From positions 13,255 to 77,254 of the forward strand of contig JBBRES010000001.1 of the NCBI GenBank assembly GCA_038202665.1: DNA of 64,000 bases, read 5' to 3'. Shown here in pieces: positions 57,278-64,000 of this stretch (position 1 is its first letter; each line of letters begins with the position of its first letter). A program made the position numbers and the translations under genes. This DNA comes from Candidatus Kapaibacterium sp. GTDB taxonomy: Bacteria; Bacteroidota; Ignavibacteria; Kapaibacteriales; Kapaibacteriaceae. The notes under the pieces are model-generated. The model searched no databases. It saw only the letters and a list, made by a program, of their open reading frames with translations, and was not told where the DNA came from.

Positions 57278-58003
57278 CATGTCACGTGCTGTCGAAGTTG
57301 GCCTTGAGTGATTTCTGGTCTTGATAACCTTGATCATCGTTGCATAATCGTTTTTATTCTGATTGGCGTTCTCACTGGAGAACGATGCATTTGCTTCATC
57401 AATCATGTCGCTCCTTCCCAGATAGCTACCAATTGCTGATTGTTGTCCGCACGGAGCGTGAGAAAACGTAGGTGCCTAACCACAACATTTGGCATGGTCG
57501 TCCTTTTCCGTCGAGCCGTGCATCACGACCATCAATCCTACCTCGGCACTGTAAGCATACCATCAAATCCATCACCTATGAGTTGATGTGTTGAGTTAGT
57601 TTCGCACCATTACCACTAGGAGGTGGAATGATGTGACAGAGAGATACGATGGTTACGTGTTCGAGCAGTGGAAGCGTAGTGGAATTGGCAAGGAGCCTTA
57701 TGCGAGGTAGCACGGCGGTGCTGTAAGATTTGCAATGTGCCGCCTTTCAATGCTACATGCCACCACACAAACATCAAAGCGCATAACTGGCTTCGATACG
57801 CCATGTTGAATGTCAACTCCACTGCGCCCGCGGACTATCACGCACTCTTGCCAAACGCTATCGACCCTGCACTTCTGGCGCAACGTCCTAGGTGTACGTG
57901 CACTACTGTTTACTCAACTGGCCGCGTGTTTCGGGGTTGACTTGGTACTCGTGCGTTCTCCCACCTGCCGATAACTGCAGGGGTACTGCATTGGAATAGG
58001 TGA

Positions 58004-58190
58004 GGCTCACTTCTCACTTCTCACTTCTCACTTCTCACTTCTCACTTAACTTGCCACTACTTTCCTTCCCGGCAGCTGCCGGGAAGCTTCCCGGCAGAAA
58101 TTCATTTTTCTTCTCACTTCTCACTTCTCACTTAACTTGTCACTTGTCACTCGTCACTTCTCACTTTAACTCGTCACTTCTCACTTTAAC
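58004..58190 (-). repeat. satellite array E: TTCTCAC x5, palindromic CCCGGCAG/CTGCCGGG core x3, then TTCTCAC-type heptamers
   Basis: CCCGGCAGCTGCCGGGAAGCTTCCCGGCAG contains two overlapping perfect palindromes (16 bp and 22 bp). It is flanked by the same heptamers as arrays A, C and D. Confidence 0.95.
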
Positions 58191-58335
58191 TTTCCTCTTG
58201 CCTTCCCTCCCTACCATCCTTCACGATCTTCGCACGCGGCTCTTTCGGGATCCTTTTCGCGTTGTGAGTCCAGGATATGTAGAGGCCAATGAAGTAGCGG
58301 CGAAGTCGGGTGATGTAGTGGTGTTATGTAGGGCA

Positions 58336-60414
58336 ATGTGCGACTATGCCTTTGCCATCATTCACATGAGTGACGCGAGACGCGCGATCGATCTGTTGAG
58401 CGACGCACATACGTTGGCTGCGAAGTTGAAGGACGAGGGCCTGACGGCCGAGTGTGAATTGTGGCAGGCGGCAGTGGCGCACTGGACGAATGATGCGGGC
58501 GACGTGGTGGCGCGGATCGACATGGTGGTGGAGCGTTGCGTGCACGCGGGCCGACGTGATCTCTTGCCCATAGCGGCGTGCTTGAAGGCATTGCAGATCG
58601 AGCGTCGCACATCGTCGCTCGACGCCATGCGCGCCTTCGACCATGCGTTGCAATTGCTTTCGTCTACCGACGATCCGTGGGCTATCTCTTTTGTACATCG
58701 CTATGCCGGACTAGCATGGAAGAATGCAGGCAACAACACGCACGCTCTCGAGCACCTAGAGTTCGCTCGCGATGTAGCGGAACGTCACGGACTTCTTGCC
58801 GTCCTCGCGCGGACGTTGGGAAGTCTGGGAACGATTCACGTAAGCACCCGACATTCAAAGCTCGCACTAGACGAACTTCTTCCGGCCATTACGCTCTACG
58901 AAGACCTCGAGATCAGCGATTGGTATGTGGCCGAATGTCTGCTTGGCATGGGAACCGTCCTCACACATGCCGCAGATTACCTGCCTGCACTTTCATATCT
59001 CCAGCGCGCCTTCGATGTTTGGCAGCTCACTGGCGATCTCGCAGGACAAGGTCGTGCCATGAACGTGATGGGCGCTGTACACGACTATCTCCACGAGGAC
59101 GATTCCGCTCTTTCTTGCTATGAGCGTTCATACGAGCTGTTTCGGTCTTCACCATGGCGCGATCCAAACGAGACGTTTCCGCTCTCGAACAAGGCTCAAA
59201 TCCATATCCGTCGCGGTGAGTATCCAGAAGCTCGAACGCTGCTCGAAACAGCGCTCGAACATGCCACGTCCACGAAGAGTCCACGCGGCACATCGCTTGC
59301 GCTGACGGCTTTAGGCGGTCTGTTTGCCAATCGCAGTACACCGTTCTTCAACGACAAACATGCCGAAGAACTGTTGTTGCGTACGCTTGACGTTGACAAA
59401 TCCGGCGGCTTCGAAAACGAAGAGGCACTCAAACATCTCTCGGAACTCTACGAGGAGCGTGGAGATCCGGTGCAGGCGCTTGCGTATCATAAGCGCTACA
59501 CAGAGCTGGTTCTTCGCATGAAGGACGACAGTGCGCAACGTCGCGTATCAGAGATCGAAACACAGCGCGCCATCGAAGCAGCAAAACGGCAGACAGAGAT
59601 TGAGCACCTTCGCAACGTCGATCTCAAGAATGCACTCGACGAATTACGATCCGCTCAAACGCAGCTCATTCACGCAGAGAAAATGGCATCGCTTGGTCAG
59701 CTCACTGCGGGCATCGCCCACGAAATCAATAACCCCATAAACTTCATCGCCAGTAGTATCGGTCCACTTCGGCGCGACCTTCGCGATTATGATGGATTGA
59801 AGGGGCAGGGCAGCGAGGCGAACGAGCTTCGCGACGAGATCATCATACTCTTGAATGGCATTGAAACCGGTGCGCAGCGCACAGCAGAGATTGTGAAAAG
59901 TCTTCGGTCGTTTACACGACTGGACGAGGGAGACGTTAAGAACGTAGACCTCCATGAAGGTCTTGAATCGACACTCATGCTCTTGGGTACGAGAATACGT
60001 GAGGGAGTAGCCATCGTTCGCAACTTTGGCACACTTCCCCGTGTGGAGTGCAATGCAGGACAGGTCAATCAAGTGTTCATGAACGTGATCGCCAATGCAC
60101 TCGATGCACTCGAGGGGCGACCCGATAGACGCATCGAGATCACCACCACCCAGCCCGACCTCAAGCATGTTGTAGTCCGTATTGCCGACAATGGACCTGG
60201 GATCCCTGAAGATGTTCTCGACCACCTGTTTGAGCCCTTCTTTACCACGAAGGACGTGGGAAAGGGAACCGGACTGGGCCTTTCTATCAGTTATGGCATT
60301 ATTGAGCAGCATCAAGGGACCATTTCCGTTGTAATCGACAACGGAACGGCGTTCATCATAACCCTTCCGCTCGTACATTCGCAGAGGGAATCAACGCAAT
60401 CGGAAGCCGCATGA
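58336..60414 (+). CDS. TPR-repeat sensor histidine kinase (cytoplasmic)
   Basis: TPR-like N-terminus, a HisKA H-box ([12 protein letters not shown]) and HATPase_c (N box, [19 protein letters not shown]). The start is uncertain because the upstream part of the ORF is repeat E translation. Confidence 0.7.
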   Translation: MCDYAFAIIHMSDARRAIDLLSDAHTLAAKLKDEGLTAECELWQAAVAHWTNDAGDVVARIDMVVERCVHAGRRDLLPIAACLKALQIERRTSSLDAMRAFDHALQLLSSTDDPWAISFVHRYAGLAWKNAGNNTHALEHLEFARDVAERHGLLAVLARTLGSLGTIHVSTRHSKLALDELLPAITLYEDLEISDWYVAECLLGMGTVLTHAADYLPALSYLQRAFDVWQLTGDLAGQGRAMNVMGAVHDYLHEDDSALSCYERSYELFRSSPWRDPNETFPLSNKAQIHIRRGEYPEARTLLETALEHATSTKSPRGTSLALTALGGLFANRSTPFFNDKHAEELLLRTLDVDKSGGFENEEALKHLSELYEERGDPVQALAYHKRYTELVLRMKDDSAQRRVSEIETQRAIEAAKRQTEIEHLRNVDLKNALDELRSAQTQLIHAEKMASLGQLTAGIAHEINNPINFIASSIGPLRRDLRDYDGLKGQGSEANELRDEIIILLNGIETGAQRTAEIVKSLRSFTRLDEGDVKNVDLHEGLESTLMLLGTRIREGVAIVRNFGTLPRVECNAGQVNQVFMNVIANALDALEGRPDRRIEITTTQPDLKHVVVRIADNGPGIPEDVLDHLFEPFFTTKDVGKGTGLGLSISYGIIEQHQGTISVVIDNGTAFIITLPLVHSQRESTQSEAA

Positions 60415-61637
60415 ACACAGACAAGCCGCACATCTTGTACGTCGACGACGAAGAATTCAACCTTGCCGCCTTTAAGGCAACCTTCCGTCCGTACTACACC
60501 ATTCACACTGCATTGAGTGCAGAAGAAGGTCGCGTCGCATTGAAGACGCATCCTATCAGCGTAATCATTACCGACCAACGCATGCCCGGAACAACGGGCG
60601 TGGAGTTTCTCGAGAGCATCATTGCTGAGCACCCAGATCCCATTCGTATGGTGCTGACGGGCTATGCAGATATCGAGGCCATCATTGCCTCGATCAACAA
60701 GGGTCAGGTGTATCGGTACATCACGAAGCCATGGGTTGAGAATGATCTAAAGATGACAATCGATAGTGCACTTGATGTGTCGCGCCTGAAGGCCGAAAAC
60801 GTTGAACTGCTCGCACATCTTGCACGGTATAACAAAGAGTTGGAAGAGCGCGTTGAAGAGCGCACCGAACAACTGCGCTTTAAGTCCGAAGAGCTCGAAA
60901 CATCGAATCGCAACATCACGCAGCAGAATCTTCTCATCAGACAGCTCGATAAAGAGAAGTCGCAGTTCATCGAACTTGCAGGTCGCGACCTCAAGCGACC
61001 CGTCGAAGCAATCCACGCAACGGCGCAGAAATGCAAAGACAAACTCGGCAAACTTTCTGCAGACGACCTCCGAGAGCATCTCGAAGGCATCGATACGAAT
61101 GCACAGAAGTTGCGCGATATCGTCGAGAATCTATTGCTGATCAATGAGCTCGAGATGCGCGGTGTGCAGTTGTATCCAACCACACTGGATCCTGCGATGA
61201 TTGCGCAAACCGTTGTGATGACGCATGCTCCACATGCTCGCACGAAGAGCATCGAGATTCGCTATGAGCGCGGACCCGGTGGCATGACGCATAACGACCC
61301 AACAGCACTCACGCAGATTGCCGATCATCTGATTTCCAATGCGGTCAAGTTTTCTCCGGCAAATTCCACGATCGAGGTGCGCACGGCGTGCATCGAGAAG
61401 GCCATTCACCTTACGGTAACTGATCAAGGTCCTGGCTTCACCGAGGATGATCGCACGCAACTCTTTCGGACGTTTTCGACGCTGAGCGCAAAGCCAACTG
61501 CATCGGAGCTCACAACCGGCTTGGGCTTGAGCATCGTCAAGAAATACGTCGACGCGCTTCATGGCACGATCACGCTCGACAGTCCAGTTGGCAAAGGTGC
61601 GTCGTGGACCGTAGTTCTGCCGGATCTCAAACGATGA
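60411..61637 (+). CDS. response-regulator receiver fused to a histidine-kinase-like domain (hybrid)
   Basis: REC domain (ILYVDDEEF...ITDQRMPGTTG), coiled coil and HATPase_c (GLGLSIVKKYV). The H-box-like region reads ELAGRDLKRPV, with Arg at the usual His position. Confidence 0.75.
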   Translation: MNTDKPHILYVDDEEFNLAAFKATFRPYYTIHTALSAEEGRVALKTHPISVIITDQRMPGTTGVEFLESIIAEHPDPIRMVLTGYADIEAIIASINKGQVYRYITKPWVENDLKMTIDSALDVSRLKAENVELLAHLARYNKELEERVEERTEQLRFKSEELETSNRNITQQNLLIRQLDKEKSQFIELAGRDLKRPVEAIHATAQKCKDKLGKLSADDLREHLEGIDTNAQKLRDIVENLLLINELEMRGVQLYPTTLDPAMIAQTVVMTHAPHARTKSIEIRYERGPGGMTHNDPTALTQIADHLISNAVKFSPANSTIEVRTACIEKAIHLTVTDQGPGFTEDDRTQLFRTFSTLSAKPTASELTTGLGLSIVKKYVDALHGTITLDSPVGKGASWTVVLPDLKR

Positions 61638-62359
61638 ATAGTTCTCTGGACATTGTCTTCCAGCGCGCCACGTTTACGCCGGCCGTACTGGCACGACTGC
61701 AACGTCACTACCCCACGCTTACGTGGATCGCACGGAACGAAAAGGCCACAACCTTTGATACAACTGCGCTCGACTTCGACCAATTCCAGCGCTTGAGTTC
61801 CGATCTCGCCTTCTTCGATCGGAATCCTTCGCTGCCACTCGAGAGTTTGTGTTCGCATCTGTCTACCTATCAGCCACGCAACACGTCTCAAGAGGAGATG
61901 GTGCAGTATGCGCAGCGCCTTGTGGATTTGGACGATGATGCGCGAGGAGCAGGTCTGTACATGTGGGGCGAGGCCGGCATTGGAAAGAGTCACATCTCCA
62001 TTGGCATCAGCAAGCTCTTTATGAAGAAAGGCCTCGAGCCCATCTTCATGGTTGCAGACACGTATACATTCGACACACGCATCGATCTTTCTCACGGTCA
62101 AGTGTGGATCCTCGACGACATGAACAGTGGCTATGGCATCGCATCACGTTTATTCAAACAAGTGGTCTTGAATATCCACGATCGCGGTGGCCGACTTTTC
62201 GTCACCTCCAACAAACCCTACGATCAGCTCATGCGCGAGCTCTTTGTAGGCGATAGCGAAGCAAATCGCATACGCTACGAAGACCGCACGAAGGGGATGT
62301 TTAAGATCCTCGAAGTGACGGGCGAAAGCTTCCGACAAGACACAGCCTGGTACCGATAA
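61634..62359 (+). CDS. DnaA/DnaC/Hda-clade AAA+ ATPase (small, standalone)
   Basis: Walker A GEAGIGKSH, Walker B VWILDDMN and sensor-1 LFVTSNKP. ATGA overlap with the upstream kinase gene. Confidence 0.5.
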   Translation: MNSSLDIVFQRATFTPAVLARLQRHYPTLTWIARNEKATTFDTTALDFDQFQRLSSDLAFFDRNPSLPLESLCSHLSTYQPRNTSQEEMVQYAQRLVDLDDDARGAGLYMWGEAGIGKSHISIGISKLFMKKGLEPIFMVADTYTFDTRIDLSHGQVWILDDMNSGYGIASRLFKQVVLNIHDRGGRLFVTSNKPYDQLMRELFVGDSEANRIRYEDRTKGMFKILEVTGESFRQDTAWYR

Positions 62360-62366
62360 GAACACT

Positions 62367-64000
62367 ATGACCCTTTTCTCTGCATCCAACATCTCGAAGT
62401 CGTACTTCGAGAAGGTTCTCTTCACCTCCATATCCTTCGGTCTGCAAGACGGCGAACGCGTTGGTATCATCGGCAAGAACGGAGTGGGCAAGAGCACACT
62501 GCTTCGCATTGTGGCCGGCCTCGAAGAGCCCGACGACGGCATCGTTTCGTTTAACAACGAAGCACGCTTCGAGTACCTCGAGCAGCTCCCGATCTTCACG
62601 TCCACCGATGGCAGCGACCCTCGCGTCCTCGACACCGTCGTAGCCGCCTATCCGTCCGATCATGCCCACATGGAAATCTGGGAGATCGAAACACTTGCAA
62701 AGCAGTTTCTTGGCAAGCTTGGTGTGAACAGACTTGATGATCATGTAGAGTCGCTCTCAGGCGGCCTCCGCAAACGCGTTGCACTTGCACGTTCTATTGT
62801 GAGCGATCCAGACCTTCTTATTCTTGACGAGCCCACAAACCACTTGGACGCAGACTCCGTGCAGTGGCTACAAGACTACCTGATGAATTCATCGAAGGGT
62901 CTGCTCCTCGTCACGCACGATCGGTACTTCCTTGATGCCGTGTGCAATCGCATCATCGAGATCGATCAGGAGAAGCTCATCTCCTACGACGGCTCCTACG
63001 AATACTACCTCGAGAAAAAAGAAGCTCTCGTCGCAACGCAAGAGGCAACAGCCGATCACATGCGCAACAAGCTGCGCACGGAGTTGGCATGGTTACAGAA
63101 GGGCGCGAAAGCACGTCGTACCAAGCAACGCAGCCGCATCGATTGGATTGCCAAGATGCAGGCCGAACCAGAACGTCCAGACGAGAAGAATATCAAGATC
63201 GAACTTGGCGCGCGGTTCTTAGGCGGCAAAATCATCGATGCCGTAGACATCTCAAAGAGCATTGGCGGCACGCTCCTCTTCAAAGACTTCACCTACCGCG
63301 CTACTCCCAAAGACCGTATCGGCATAATTGGTCCGAACGGCGCCGGCAAGAGTACACTCTTGAATGTGTTGGCTGGAAGGGGCAAGGTGGATGGGGGCTA
63401 TGTAGACATTGGTGACACCGTAAGCATTGGCTTCTTCGATCAAGAGATTCGCGATATGCGAGACGATGCAACAGTCATTGCTACGCTACGCGAAGTAGCG
63501 GAGTACATCGATGTTGGTGTAGGTCGTGATCGTTTTATCACTGCAAAGGAACTGTGCGAGCGATTCCTCTTTTCTTCCAAGCAACAGCATGCCTATGTGC
63601 ATACGCTCAGCGGTGGAGAGAAACGCAGACTTGCGTTGCTTCGCATCCTCATGAAAAATCCGAACGTCATTATGTTGGACGAACCAACGAATGACTTCGA
63701 CATCATGACCCTTTCCGCCCTTGAAGACTTCCTTCAACACTTCTATGGCGTGCTCCTCATTGTCTCCCACGATCGTTCGTTCCTTGATAAAACCGTCAAC
63801 ACTATCTACGCTTTCGAAGAAGGTGGCGTGATCAAGGAATATCCAGGCAACTACTCCGTGTACCTGGAGAAGAAGGAAGCGCGCGGCGCGCAAGCCAATG
63901 CGCAGCAGCGTGCAAATGTCGCCGGTGCAGGCTCGGCGACTTCATCTCCCGCACCATCAAAGCAAAAGCTCTCGTACAAAGAGCAAAAGGAATTGGACTC
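62367..64000 (+). CDS. ABC-F family ATPase (3' end outside window)
   Basis: Open frame from the ATG at 62367 to the window end. It has two ABC domains (GKNGVGKST, LSGGLRKR; GPNGAGKST, LSGGEKRR). It is absent from the ORF track because no stop lies within the window. Confidence 0.8.
   Translation, partial: MTLFSASNISKSYFEKVLFTSISFGLQDGERVGIIGKNGVGKSTLLRIVAGLEEPDDGIVSFNNEARFEYLEQLPIFTSTDGSDPRVLDTVVAAYPSDHAHMEIWEIETLAKQFLGKLGVNRLDDHVESLSGGLRKRVALARSIVSDPDLLILDEPTNHLDADSVQWLQDYLMNSSKGLLLVTHDRYFLDAVCNRIIEIDQEKLISYDGSYEYYLEKKEALVATQEATADHMRNKLRTELAWLQKGAKARRTKQRSRIDWIAKMQAEPERPDEKNIKIELGARFLGGKIIDAVDISKSIGGTLLFKDFTYRATPKDRIGIIGPNGAGKSTLLNVLAGRGKVDGGYVDIGDTVSIGFFDQEIRDMRDDATVIATLREVAEYIDVGVGRDRFITAKELCERFLFSSKQQHAYVHTLSGGEKRRLALLRILMKNPNVIMLDEPTNDFDIMTLSALEDFLQHFYGVLLIVSHDRSFLDKTVNTIYAFEEGGVIKEYPGNYSVYLEKKEARGAQANAQQRANVAGAGSATSSPAPSKQKLSYKEQKELD

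Noticed and set aside
57277-58000. tRNA or other structured RNA in the 720-bp gap
   Set aside because: I found no cloverleaf-compatible segment with T-arm-like GTTCGAATC motifs. I could not run a covariance search, so this is left as a gap finding only.

Overview
This 64 kb window is a densely packed, moderately GC-rich bacterial chromosomal segment with about 65 genes and no rRNA or CRISPR. Two large secreted proteins carry C-terminal T9SS sorting domains, which points to an FCB-group-like bacterium. Many adjacent genes overlap by ATGA or GTGA, so most of the window is operonic.

Most genes are housekeeping or metabolic:
- panB, rpoZ-coaBC, der, dcd, ssb, an RsmB-like rRNA methyltransferase, IscS, a desaturase, an FKBP isomerase, and two ABC-F ATPases.
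- A sulfide-detoxification-type cluster (persulfide dioxygenase-rhodanese fusion, S51 peptidase, rhodanese, TauE).
- A minus-strand operon of ATP-grasp, LuxR, a MIO-type ammonia-lyase and a P-type ATPase.
- A PlpD-type patatin autotransporter and a HIT-rhodanese fusion.
- A signalling cluster: TPR-histidine kinase, REC-kinase hybrid, and a DnaA/DnaC-like ATPase.

Two things stand out.
- First, a dispersed family of composite tandem satellites fills whole intergenic spacers at four loci. It is built from the heptamer GTGAGAA/TTCTCAC plus an 8-bp palindromic core CCCGGCAG/CTGCCGGG. A fifth array of 16-mers is also present. Two oppositely oriented arrays bracket a four-helix-bundle (23S-IVS family) gene, and several arrays run into or abut start and stop codons.
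- Second, a candidate extracellular electron-transfer module at 7.7-11.2 kb. It contains a lipoprotein with a PSCyt1-like domain and a CX4CH heme motif, a Cyc2-like outer-membrane beta-barrel with an N-terminal CXXCH, a small membrane protein, and a Tat-exported lipoprotein Rieske [2Fe-2S] protein.

All calls rest on reading the sequence and on recalled family motifs. No database search was possible.
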